Assembly (NCBI RefSeq): GCF_009834535.1
Contig: NC_045707.1
Location: 48,052,001-48,116,000, forward strand
From: Camelus ferus
Lineage: Eukaryota
Direction of reading: 5' to 3'
Length of the DNA: 64,000 bases
Positions 23,238-35,029 of this stretch are shown here, piece after piece (the first letter of the stretch is position 1; every line of letters starts with the position of its first letter). Position numbers and translations under genes: made by a program. Below the pieces are notes generated by a model. That model had not been told where the DNA came from. It saw only the letters and a list, made by a program, of their open reading frames with translations, and ran no database searches.

Positions 23238-24621
23238 TCTCCAGAAGAGAGTGTTATATCATTTTATAATTGAATTAGCATAATTCAGGATCCCTAGTGG
23301 CCCTAGCCAGCTGTCAGAAGCAAACAAAATCTTTGAAGAAAGGTAATGTCCTCGTTTCAAATTAACTCTTACCATTTTTCATATACAATATCCAACACTC
23401 AGTCAAAAATAACCAGATGTACAAAGAATCAAGACAGTGTAATGGAAAGTAAAAAGAAACAAAAGATGGTATAAGGAACTCATCAGGAATATTAAAATTG
23501 GAGTTTTTATACAAAAGATTTTAAAGTAAACATAATTAATATATCTGAGATAATAAAACACAAGATTGATAATTTCAACAGATAACAGTAAATTATAAAA
23601 AAGATTCAAAATGGAAATTCTAAAACAAAAAAAAAAACCCTGAAATCAGGAATTCAATGGATAGGTTTAACATGAAGCTAGACACGTAAAAGAGAGAATT
23701 AATGAACTGGAATATAAATATTTAAAAAATGTACAGAATGAAGCACAAAGGATGAAAAGATTAAAACACACATACACACACAGAGAAAACAATGTAAGAA
23801 ACTGGGGGAACTAGTCAAAAGTTCTAACCTATATGCTAAGGCTCCCAAAAGGAGAAGAGAAAGATGATAAAGAAGATACACTATTTAAAGAGACAGTGAA
23901 TGATATTTTTCTTAAAAAAAATCTATGAACGCAAGTCAGGTAAATACAAAGAAAACCACACCAAGGTACAATGACAAAGAAAGCATCATATAACCTGCTG
24001 GAAAAAAAAATAAGAAGAGAAAAGAAAAGAAATTACCCTCAAAGTAGCGACAATAATACTTATAGTTGACTTCCTTACAGGGGAAAAAAAAGAAGCCTCT
24101 GACAATGGAAATATACATTAAAAATGATGGGAAAACTCCTGCAAAAGAGTTTTTATAAACACTGAGGGAAATTTTGCACCCACAGACCCCTACAAGAGGA
24201 AATACTAATGTGTTCTATTCTGAAAGAAGAAAATTATTTCAAATGGAAACTCAAAGATATAGGATAGATTTAAGAGCCTCAAAAAGGATAAACATTTAAT
24301 GTTGTTATGAGACTATTATAGTAGTATCTTGTGGGGCTAAATGTATTACAAATAACATGTATCAGGAGAAGATAAAAACAATCAAAGGGTTTTAAGATTC
24401 TTGCATTGTCTGAGAAGTAAATACATTAGAGTTTCTTAGACTAAAATAAGTCATCTATGCATGTTGTAATCTCTAAGATAACAAATCGCAGTAAGATAAC
24501 ATATAGCTACCAAGTTAATAGAAGGAGGAAATGGAATTATAAAAAATAATCAAAAGAAAAAAGAAAAAGAATGCAGAACAATAGTACAGATAAAAAGCAA
24601 ATAGCAAAACCCAATGTTTTG

Positions 24622-25138
24622 AGATAATGTTTTGCCTATATTTTCTTCTAGGAGGTTTATTGTATCTTATCTTATGTTTAAGTCTTTGATCCATTTTGAA
24701 TTTATTTTCGTGTATTGTGTAAGGCAGTGTTCTAGCTTCATTGATTTACATGCTGTTGTCCAGTTTTCCCAACACCATTTGCTGAAGAGATCGTCTTTAT
24801 TCCATTGTATATTCTTGCCTCCTTTGTCAAAGATTAGTTGACCAGAAGTTTGTGGGTTCATTTCTAGGCTCTCTATTCTGTTCCATTGGTCCATATGTCT
24901 ATTTTTTGTACCAATACCATGCTGTTTTGATTACTGTAGCTCTGTAGTATTGTCTGAAGTCTGGGAGAATTATTCCTCCAGCCTCTTTCTTTTTCTTCAG
25001 TAATGCTTTGGCAATTCCAGGTCTTTTGTGGTTCCATATAAATTTTATTATGATTTGTTCTAGTTCTGTGAAATATGTCCTGGGTAATTTGATAGGGATT
25101 GCATTAAATCTGTAGATTGCCTTGGGCAATTTGACCAT
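24622..25138 (-). mobile_element. Young L1 ORF2 segment (inverted part of a 5'-inverted L1)
   Basis: Translates to [19 protein letters not shown]...KTAWYWYK, then MDQWNRIE...KWCWENW...[27 protein letters not shown]; one frameshift in an A-run and one stop. Confidence 0.95.
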
Positions 25139-25247
25139 TGACAATGAATATACATATGTTCATATATAACGGAAAAATTGTGCTCTACACTGGAGTTTGA
25201 CACAACATTGTAAAATGACTATAACTGAATAAAAATATTTAAAAAAA
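25139..25247 (+). mobile_element. Young L1 3' terminus and A-tail (non-inverted part)
   Basis: tgacaatgaatatacatatgttc...ttgtgctctacactgg...tgacacaacattgtaaaatgactataactgaataaaaa...aaaaaaa. Confidence 0.85.
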
Positions 25248-25820
25248 GAGTAATTTGGTCAGACAAGATTAAGGAAAAAAAGAACCAACTATATATATTT
25301 TTTTTTTTTAATTAGAGAAATGCCTAAAATACACAGAAGAGACAAAGTAAAAAGGTAGAAAAGTTATATCATGCAATAACTACCGAAAAGAATGCTATTA
25401 TCACTATACTATTAAAAGTATACTTACACAAAATGGAGAAGAAAAAGCTTTTGCGGGGAGGAGGAGAGACCAGGCATACAGTATAAGCAATGTTTTTGAA
25501 GGAATCTACCTCTGCCTGCAAAATGAGGTAGATAGGCTGGTGAATGTGAAGCAGGTGTGAAAGACACTAGTGGGAGATAACACAGACTTAGAAAGACAGG
25601 ACCAGATTAGGGAACCCCTGCAAAGTACTTTCAATGGACATCATGAATTTGATCATGACTTTCAATCAGTGAGAAGCTGGTATATCTGCAGTTAGTGGTA
25701 GTGAAAAGTAAAAATTGTAAACTTGTCATTATCAACCTCATTAATAGCTTTTGGATTATTGGAATAAATCTATTTATTGTCTACTGCAAGTATTAAATTC
25801 TCCTTGACCAGCCACAAATA

Positions 25821-26108
25821 GTGTAGTGGTAGTGATTAAGATCTCTGGCTTTGCAGAATATTCCTGGGTTCAAAATCTGCCCCCACATTCTGCATCCAGT
25901 TCTTCCTAGCTGTCTGACCATGGGCAAAGACTCTTAACCTCTCTGTGCCTCTGTTTTTTTTTTTTTTTTTTAATCTATAAAATGGGAATCATGGGAGAAT
26001 ATAACTAATAGACTTGTTCTAAGAATTAAATGAGTTAATATTCATGAAACATGAGAACAGTGGCCTCAAGTAAATGCTCAATAAATGGCTGTTAGGTTTT
26101 ATTGTTAT
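25821..26108 (+). mobile_element. MIR SINE
   Basis: cctgggttcaaa...ctagctgtctgaccatgggcaa...ttaacctctctgtgcctc...aattaaatgagttaata...gctcaataaatg. Confidence 0.9.
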
Positions 26109-26269
26109 TAAAATTATTACTTTTACCTGCAAGATTGTTTTGGTATCTAAATTAAATGCTGATTCTGTAAGTCTAAGGAAACCAACTGAACAGCCTTTTT
26201 TCCTGGCCTGGCTCTATCCTCAGCTCTGAAGCAGGAGCTTAGTAATGTGTCCTGGGCCTGGTCTTCATT

Positions 26270-26735
26270 GCTTGAAATCTGTTTGCTGAAGGAGTCGTTC
26301 CTATGTGTGAGCCCTCTGGTTGGCACTGGGATATTCTCCAGTAAGACACAGGCTGTACTCCTGAAGGAGCTCACAGACCTGTGAATGACAAATTTCCGTG
26401 AATGAAAGATTTTTACGCAGTGGGATATGGCTAATAGGAGGGAGCATGTCAGATGGAGAATGCACTCTGGAAGCCGAGAAGAGGGATATTTTCTGGCCAG
26501 GTAAGAAGAGGAAGGTGTCATGATGGATTTGGAAGGAGAGGCAGGAGAGGAGAGTCTAGGCATAAGGGAAGAGTCTGTGTGCAGGGGAGAGTGAAAGCAG
26601 GGGGCGTACTTGGGGAGTGGCTACCTGCCCATTGTGTCAGGAACCTCAGATGGACAGACTGGGAGGTGGCATTTGGGAAGACTGGAGAAGGAGGCCAGAG
26701 TTGGGTTGTGACTGCTTTTCTAGGGAATTTAGAAT
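26270..26735 (-). mobile_element. L2 LINE fragment
   Basis: cctatgtgtgagccctctggttggcactgggata...aaggagctcacagac; purine-rich L2 body follows. Confidence 0.6.
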
Positions 26736-27014
26736 TAGTCAGGATTATTTTATACATGACTTCTTTGTATTTAACCTTCAAGTAACATTACCCCACAGGT
26801 ACAGTTGTACTTTTCAGTTTATAGAGGAAATTCAGTATGCGTGTTCCCTAAGTAGTTAAGTATTGGTAGGAATTTAGGGCTTAGGAATAGAATCAGTCTT
26901 TCTTAAACTAAGTGATATGACAACCAACTGAATGTCCGCTAGTACTTGCTGAACTGTTCAGTATAATGGTAATGCAAGCTATGACTATAACAGTGATGAA
27001 AATAATAGCATGAG

Positions 27015-27140
27015 TAATAATAATACCGTCTAATATGGATTGACAGCATTTTTTGTGTCAGGAACTAGGAGAGCCTTTTCATGCCATTAGCATATTTAAT
27101 CTTCACAATCCGTGTTCAAGACAGATACGATTATTGTGTA
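27015..27140 (-). mobile_element. MIR 3' fragment
   Basis: taataataatacc...tgtgtcaggaact...catatttaatcttcacaa. Confidence 0.6.
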
Positions 27141-27281
27141 TATCAGAAAACATTTTATAAACCAATGAAACGAACCAATGGTATGGTAGGTTATGTTATG
27201 TTCTTAATATGCCCCATAGGCCTCCTATGCCTCTTATTTTCCTTCCTTGGCCATCTTTGCTCTGGTTTTATGTTATAGGCT

Positions 27282-27321
27282 AGAGAGAGAGACAGAGAGA
27301 CTAAAACAAAGAGAAAGGAGG

Positions 27322-27353
<32 letters not shown>

Positions 27354-27380
27354 AACAGAAACAGAGAGGAGAGAGGAAGA
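27282..27380. repeat. (GA)n-rich microsatellite
   Basis: Read directly. Confidence 0.9.
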
Positions 27381-28399
27381 GGAATGGGGAACGGGAGATC
27401 TTTAGGAAATTATTATCCCTAACTGCAGTCTGAGTTTTGTTTTTCTTTTGAAAACTTACTTAGAGAGAAATAATAAAGACAATCCTATAGTGTAAGAATA
27501 GTATTCTCTCCTGCTGATTTTGCTTGGCTGAGGTGCTGAATTTAAGATTCTGGAAGATTACACTGGGTTTCAAGTAGACGGAGACTTTGTCTCCTCTATC
27601 TGCCTATCAGCCAGACTCAAAGTAGGCGCTAGAATATAGTATCACTTCCCTCCCCACTCACTACATTTGCACAAAATCAGGTACTCGGGTACCAGCTCAA
27701 GATAGTCACTAACTTTCTACTTAGAACACTTATGTGGTTGTGGGGAAAAAAATAGAATAATGAACATTTGAAACTGTCAGAGTACTATCAGGAAGATATC
27801 AATGGACAGTCCCTTAAGACTGGAACTCATTCTATGGGGAAATTTTGATGGAATTGCCAATTTAGAAATTTAAATCTTGGACTTATATTAAAAAAATTAA
27901 AGAAGAAATGAAAATCCCCAAACCCTTGCAGAAGCAGGGATTTGCTTAAAGTTCTTTTAATCCCTAACAACTAAGATATTCACAAAATGAGAGGAAAGAA
28001 ATTATGTGTAATTTTCTCATCTGAACTAGCCTCCTTTTGCCTGCTTTTTTCCAAATTTCAACCGCTTAGCATGTTGGCCAGATCCTGCAGTGAACGTCAC
28101 TTTAGAACAATCTGAATGGGAAAACCACAGAGCCCCACTTCTTTAAAATTATGCACCAACAAATCCAGAATAATCAGAGGAAGCACAAGATGGATTAAGT
28201 TTTACCTAAAGTGGAATTTAAGACATGCCACAAGTAATTGATTCTCTTTCTAGGATAATTTGAGGACAAAAGTTTATTTGACTCTTAAACACAATAGCAG
28301 TTCACAATTTTAACATCGGTGTAAAGCCAGAATGGTGAGGACATTTTCTGATATAACTGATCTGTTTTTTCTTTTTGCCACCACTGTACTGCCCCCTCT

Positions 28400-28580
28400 A
28401 TTTTAACACCTGCCACTCTGTTGCAGTTCTTAGTTTATATTCTTGTCTCCCCTATTAGATTAGAGTTCCTTGAGAACAGGAATCTTTTCTTATTTGCTCT
28501 TATAAAACGTATTCTCAATAGTTGCCACTATCTGGTACACAGGTAGGCAGTCAACCAATGCTTGTTAAATGTATGTATGA
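28400..28580 (+). mobile_element. L2 3' end
   Basis: tgtctcccctattagattagagttccttgagaacagg...ctggtacacaggtaggcagtcaaccaatgcttgttaaatg. Confidence 0.8.
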
Positions 28581-30099
28581 GTTAGTTTGTGCAGGCAAAA
28601 ACTGTGCAATGGTAATGACAAGTCCTGGATTCTGTTTGAGCTCTGCCATTAACTAAGTAAATTTGAACTGTTGATTTAATGTCTCTTCACCTATAAAAGA
28701 TGATTTTGAAAATTTCTTCCAGTAAATGTTTATTTCTAGAGCAAGAGATTCACAGCATTTTATAAATGTGATGTATAAGGCATATATTATAAATGAATAG
28801 TTCAAATTTTGATCTCTGACCACCGTATTTTGGAAACCTGTATACTGTATTCTTTTTTTTTTTTTCTCATTTTGCCGAAGATTTCAATTACCCTCCTTTC
28901 TGGCTTATTTTGTTTCTTTCCCACTGATTCTTAGGGTAAGAAAAGAAGTGAGAAAAACAGTCTTTTTATTGAGGATATTGAAGGTTGGAGAACTTTGTTC
29001 TTAATGCTAGCTGCTTCATTTCTCTGAGCTGTTTCCATGCCAGCCTAAAATAGCAACCTGATTCCTTAAGTGTGTTATAATTCTACTATAATTTATTATA
29101 GTGAAGGGAAACACAGTGGAAGAAGGTAAATCAAGTTGGATTTTCCAAGGAAATGTCAAACCACAGATTGGTTATTGGGTGACATCGCCTTCTTTTTAAG
29201 ATCATCTAGATTCTTAAAATTGTGTATAGGCAACGATTACCCTAGAAATTGTCCATGCTTTGGAAAAGCTTGTGTGGTAATTGCAAAATCATCCCTCCAT
29301 ATGAACTTAACCCAGAGAAGGAAACGTCCTACTTGCTTTCCCTCCTGCAGAGATGGAAGGGGGGAAAGCGGTGTTTGTGGGGAAGACAGGAAGAGGGAGG
29401 GGTTTGTGTAATGAGGGGAAAAATCATTGAAGAGTTTATAAACAGTCACAGTGCACTGAGGCAATTGCATTTGAGACTCTGGGAAAAAGAAACACAATAA
29501 ACCCAATCATTTGTCCTCGTTTCATCAAAGGAGATTGTCCATTTTGTGTCTTGTTCTTCTATGTTTCAAAGATTGATACCAAAATAAAAACAATGAGATA
29601 CTCGTGGTATTTTCTTTACTAATTTGTCAGTTGAAAATCAGCTTCCGAGAAAGCAGGATTTTGAGTGTACTACAGATGAGTTTTATTCAGAACTTCTCTT
29701 AGCTGTCATTTAAAACAAAAATGTGTTTTGTTTTGTTTTGTTTTGTTTTTCCTTAATTTAAGAGAGCCATGAAAGGCCCAGGGAGAAATTTGTTACCAGA
29801 AGTCAGTTTAAGAGTCTCTAATTTGAGAAGGGGTTGGTAGTCTATGATCTAAAATTCAAGGTGGGGGGGATTTTTCAAAATTATTGGAAGCAATGTAGAT
29901 GTGGAAGCTCTTGTGAGCTCTTATGAGAGAGTCTAGTTATGGGTTTGCATGGCCAGGTTACTTGATGTGTTCCCAGTTTGTAGCTTGAGAAGGAGCAATC
30001 TCTAAATCCTTGTCCCCTCATTGTGTAAGTATGTATGTGTGTGTGTCTGTTTACTAAACAATTAAACAAACAAAAATACAAATAATGCCCCTTTCCCAG

Positions 30100-30870
30100 C
30101 TCTCCTGCATGTTTCCCCCCAGGCAACCTCATGTGTAGCCTCCGATTTTGCAGGTTGGGGCCGCCTGGCCTGTGTGAGACAATAGATATGCAAGATAGCA
30201 ACGGGGCAGTTGCTCTGAGGCCTTGGTCTTTATCAGGATTAACTGTTACAAGCAAAACAGGGCAGCAGGGTTTTTCCATCATTGGCTTGTGCTGTTCCTG
30301 GGTGCCAGATGGCATTATATCCATGAAAAAAATGCCGCAAGTTATAATGTTGACCAGGCGCTGTTATTTCCACTCGATCACACTGTTTGGGGCTCGCTTT
30401 GATGTACAAAACACTCCTAAGATAATGAAATGCGTTGGCAGCTGGCTAATGGCTGGGAAAGTGCAAACCCTGCATTGAACTCTTCCACCAGACTATTCAA
30501 TGGCAAGGTAACGGCAGGCCTGAGCTGGAGAGGCAGCAAAGAGGCTCGTTGCCAGGCAGGCCCGGGACTCCTGGGCAAGCGGCTGTGGAAGGGTTGGTAT
30601 TTTTCTGTCTTCAATAGACATGGTCTGTGCCTGCAGCAAGAAATAAATCCATCAAGGCCAAGCTCAGGCTTATTTTGAAGTGGCTGCTGGAATTTGCATA
30701 AGAGCCTGATGCACACAGGTAAACAAAGACAGTCTACCAAAGTGGAGGTGATCTGAGAACTGTTAGTTTTTGTTTGTGTACAAAGTAGAGCCTCATCTTT
30801 ATGCAAAAAAAGGGGTCTTTTGAATTAAATTTGACTTTGCTGCCGCTAATCTTTTCACTGGCCTGATTCA
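30100..30870. promoter_or_regulatory. Candidate enhancer (unique sequence with a motif cluster)
   Basis: No recognisable repeat; TCF/LEF CTTTGAT at 30397-30403; E-boxes CAGATG and CAGCTG; several CpGs retained. Confidence 0.3.
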
Positions 30871-31187
30871 CTGGGAAAGTAGAGCATGCATAATTGGATA
30901 GGGAGGCGTTTTCTCAGCCCTCTCTTCCCTGATGCTATAGGCTGACTCCACAGAGATACACCTAGGGTACCAGCCCCTTTGGGAAGTCCTCCTTTGCTCC
31001 TGTACCCCTCTGCCCATAACTGCACCCCAATCCCCACTGATTTGCTGGCCACCAAAGGTTCTTCCACTATCTGGACTCCCCCCACCTAAGCAGAAATCCT
31101 CTCCATTTAAAATGCCTCCTAATTCTCCAGTTTGCTCTTATCTATGTTGTTAGAACATAAACTTAGAACAGAAACTCTCCTTAAGAT

Positions 31188-31526
31188 CAAAGGTCAGGAA
31201 ACTATGGGCCAACTCCGGTATCAGATCCCGCCTGCCACCTGTTTTTGTACAGCTAACAAAGCTAAGAAGCGTTTTTATATTTTTTAATGATTGGAAAAGA
31301 TCAAAAGAAGAATATTTTGTGACACATGATCATTCTATGAAATTGAAATGCTAATGTCCCAAAGTGAAGCTTTATTGGCAGTGCCATACCATTCATTTAC
31401 ATATTGTCTGTGGCTGTTTTTGCACTACAGCTGCAGGACTGAGTTGCTGCTTCAGAGACTTCAGGATGGCCTGCAACACCTCACATATTTACTATCTGGC
31501 TCTTTGCAGAAAATGTTTGATCCCTG
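31188..31526. mobile_element. MER58B-like hAT-Charlie MITE
   Basis: caaaggtcaggaaacta...cattcatttacatattgtctgtggctg...atatttactatctggctctttgcagaaaatgtttgatccctg; 8-bp TSD-like cttaagat/cctaagct. Confidence 0.9.
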
Positions 31527-32479
31527 CCTAAGCTTTTTTGCTGAACCACCAACTGGGTACTTAGTGCACCTTTCTGATCCTTTCTGAAGTCTGAAGTACG
31601 TTTAGCTGGGCAAGAAGTTCTCCACAATCCCAGCATTTTCATCACCTTTATCTGAAAAAGTTGTTCCTGTTACCATCTGAAACACTTTCCTTCCTTTCTA
31701 GCTTAAAATGGAACCAGTTTTTGAAGTTCTTGCTAAAGCTTCCTCTCTCTACTCTGTCTCTCCACAGTCAACGCCTAAGTTGGCCCTTAAGTAAATACTT
31801 CAGGTTTGAAATGTCCCAAGGGTGTCTGTTCAGCTTGGAAATCTGAGGGGAAAAGCTGGGGTGGGAGGAATCTGATGATAAAGCTTCTTTCTGTGGCATC
31901 TTTATTTTCTAGACTCCTTCTGACAGTCCACAGCATTGGGTTCATAGCTCAAGGCTGGAAGCTTATCTGAGCCATCGGGAAAGGCTCTGCCTGTCTCATA
32001 ACTGGTGTCTGTTTCTGCTGGGAGCTCTGCCTTTCTTAGTTTGAACAGTGTCTTCTTGAAAAAGATACCCTGAACCACGTTTTTGTTTCCTCCTCATCCT
32101 GTTTGTCAGGGGGGCCTGGGTATGTGATCTGTAACTTCCTACCTACTCCAGTTTATCTTATGGTGCTGGAAACTTCTTTCTGGACTCTGGCTTCACAAGA
32201 TTGTGGGCCACAGCTGTTCTGGGTCTAGTAAATGTGGACTCTTTCTTCCAAAAGATACAGTAGTTGGCTCTATATGGTGGGTTATGGGTGACTATTTCTT
32301 GTGCTTTTCTGTGTTTCTTAAGGGAAACATACATTTCTTTCATATCAAAGAGGAAAAAAAATTTTTAAAAAGGGAAGAGATTTAAAAAGTACCAGTTTAG
32401 TAATAATCGCTACTTACTGATGAGTGTCTCAATTCCTTCCTTCCTTCCATCTCTTCTTGAAGTGTGCCCATATACGTAC

Positions 32480-32830
32480 AGATGGTATTTAAATCCATGA
32501 AACTAGGTAGATCAACTTTGTATATTATGATTTCATCAAAAATTATATGTATGAGAGAGATAGAGGGTATCTGAGAATGTGTTGAATTTGCATTAAAACA
32601 AAAAACCCAAAACCCTGGACTTCTGGTTTCAGGGTCCAGCATCCAAGGAGAATAAGTAAAAAGCTTAACAAACTGAAAAAAAGACCTGGAATGATAGTCA
32701 ACAAATCATCAACAGTAGGTATCTTTGTAAGTGGATTTAGGGGGTAATGGGTACTTTCACTTTATGCTAAGCTTGTTGGATTGTTTAAAATTTTTAATTG
32801 TGATGATGTATTACATTTGAAATGATAAAA
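32480..32830 (+). mobile_element. L1ME-type 3' end
   Basis: aaaaagacctggaatgata...aacagtaggtatct...tactttcacttt...tgtattacatttgaaatgataaaa. Confidence 0.65.
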
Positions 32831-33086
32831 CTCCAATCCCACATATATTTTCCAAGACCCTTTGAATATCCATTGTCCCCACCTACATCTGTTATTAATC
32901 AGCCCACCCCCTCCCATGGCAAGAAACCCTGACTCTTAGACCCCTAGATCACCCTCCATGGAACATTTGAAAAATTCTAGTGTTATAGCTCATCTGGGAT
33001 GGAAAGGGAGTCAAACTTCCTTTAAGGCTTCAGATTTTTGACTTATGCATAGAAAACCTTTTTTTTCTCCAAGGTTATATTATATA

Positions 33087-33108
33087 TGTGTGTGTGTGTG
33101 TGTGTGTG
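33087..33108. repeat. (TG)11 microsatellite
   Basis: Read directly. Confidence 0.95.
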
Positions 33109-33129
33109 TATAGTAGTCAGCTATGTTTT

Positions 33130-34080
33130 CCTTTGTTATCTGTGCTTATTGTACAATTTCTTATCCATCTGGAATTTATTTGTGTATAAATTGTGAAGTG
33201 GGAATCTGATGTAGGATGTTTTGACGCCACCATTTTGTAATCAACAAAAATTAAAGCAGACAGTTACAAGTGCACATGGTAAAATAACTTACTAACTGGT
33301 TGCTTCCAGAAGAATAAATCTCCTTGACAATTTATATCTGCAGTATTTGACTTGGGAAAAATTGATAATAACAATGATCATAGAGAAAAACTAAGAGTGG
33401 CAGAAGTTTTAATTAATAAGATTTGATAAGGATAAAACAATGTGCTGTACATTGTTACAACATTTACGTGAAAAATAAATTTTTGGTCTCAATGGAAATA
33501 ATTTTGGGTAAGATAAAAATGGAAATGGTGATTAGAGAAATGTTTTAATCATGCTATATAGCAGATTTATCGAGGAAAAGTAAAAATAGTTTGAGTCCAG
33601 AAAATTTTCCAAGAAAAATCCAGTGTTGGTACAATTATGGTTTTTAAAAATTGTTTGAATTGAGAAGACTAGAGTGAAAAAGTTCTTGGGGCTAAATCAA
33701 TGGTGTCAAGATGCTCCTTTTCTATGGAGATCAAACTTTAGTTTTCGAAATGGGTTTCTTACTATTCTGAGACCATTTATGTAGACACTGATCGCTTCTT
33801 ACAACTGGTTTGAAATGAACCTTTTTCATTCATGGAATTCCCATACTTGGATTTATGTCTGGGCTCTGTTTTATTTCATCCATCTGCTTCCCTAATCTGC
33901 ACTGTTTTTAATTACTGTAGATTTAAAATAGTGTTGATAACTAGTTGAGTAAGCTCCCTCTGCCCCGCTATTGGAATAATTTTCCAACATTTTCTTAGCT
34001 GCTCTCTCACATTTACTCTTTTAAGGAACTTTAGCATCAGCTAGTTTAAATAGACTGTGTTTTTAATAACTCACTAACAT
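33130..34080 (-). mobile_element. Old L1M ORF2 fragment, split by an insertion
   Basis: atccatctggaatttatttgtgtataaattgtgaagtgggaatct | ttttctatggagatc...caccatttat-like...cactgtttttaattactgtag. Confidence 0.7.
33213..33718. mobile_element. Unclassified non-autonomous DNA transposon with terminal inverted repeats (possibly MULE-like)
   Basis: Left end aggatgttttgacgcc; reverse complement of right end aggagcatcttgacacc; interrupts an L1M whose two halves rejoin. Confidence 0.6.
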
Positions 34081-34178
34081 GCTACATAATATAGATATTT
34101 TAGCTTTATTCTCCTATACAGTTTTTTTAAAATATCTTGGCGTAATTTTATATGTATTTATATCTAGCCATCTAATCT

Positions 34179-34253
34179 TTATATATATCTCTGTATCTGT
34201 ATATAGAGATATATATGTAGATATATGTGTGTATATATATATATGTATATATG
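34179..34253. repeat. Degenerate (TA)n microsatellite
   Basis: Read directly. Confidence 0.85.
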
Positions 34254-34599
34254 TTTGGTTTTTAGCTTTTAAATTAATCAAATTAATTGATTTTTAGTTT
34301 CAGATTTGTTTTCTTATTTTGAGCCCTTAATGATCCTTTGTTATTCATTCCTTTTGAAGATAATTTTAGTATATTTTTTTCCATTATCCTTTTATTTCCA
34401 AAAATGATAAGGTCAGAGAGCCGTAGGGTCTTCCATATGAGATAATTTTGGCACCTACTTGGAAGTAAAAATGGCAAAGGTTTATTTTTTTCCCTGAAAT
34501 TCAATATATATTCTGAGTGTTGATGAAGGGCCAAGATGTTTAAATGTCCTTGCTAGTGGGATTTCCTTATGTCTTGTTTCTCTCTTTCAAAGAATGAGA

Positions 34600-34830
34600 A
34601 TCTATTACTTATCCTGTCCTTTGCTGTGTCCTCTAAATTCTTGGATGAAATTCACAAGGAGCTTTTAAAGTCTACCTCCCCTTTGATGATAGCTGGTGAT
34701 TTGAATTTGCATTCTAATGTCTCTCCTAAGGGGAGAGCTTTAACCTTCACAATGCTATACTTTGTGAATTTGATACTAGACAATGGACAATTCTTTGAAC
34801 TCTTGTCTCACTTATATATCATTTGTTTAT
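34600..34830 (+). mobile_element. L2/CR1-clade LINE endonuclease-domain remnant
   Basis: The ORF reads SSKFLDE...TSPLMIAGDLNLH...QFFELLS, matching the APE-type IxGDFNxH motif in L2-like context. Confidence 0.55.
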
Positions 34831-34899
34831 GGTTTATTTTGGGGTTAATCATGTGACATTTGGGTTTTTGTGGGGATTTTTTTTGCAAACAGTCTTTCA

Positions 34900-35015
34900 T
34901 ATTCAAGTCCTATTCTGTGAAGGCAGAAATTAGGTCTAATTTCTAATTCTATTCAGTGTATAAAACAGTGCTTGGTACACAGTAGGTACCTAGTAAATAT
35001 TGTTGGTTGGCTGAC
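34900..35015 (+). mobile_element. L2 3' end
   Basis: tgtgaaggcagaaa...aaaacagtgcttggtacacagtaggtacctagtaaatattgttgg. Confidence 0.8.
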
Positions 35016-35029
35016 CTGTGCTCTTTTAT

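Larger units (their letters stand above)
22860..25430 (+). mobile_element. Old L1M 5' region, ORF1 and start of ORF2, interrupted by a younger L1
   Basis: ORF1-like aattcaatggataggtttaac...gagagaattaatgaactggaa; ORF2-start-like tcagacaagattaagg...ccaactatat resumes after 25248. Confidence 0.7.

Noticed and set aside
28385..28402. CTCF-like motif (reverse complement tagagggggcagt)
   Set aside because: Lacks the conserved 5' CC of the core motif
29881..30806. Cluster of 80-147 aa ORFs on both strands
   Set aside because: Overlapping, with no domain or splice support; explained by higher GC in the unique block
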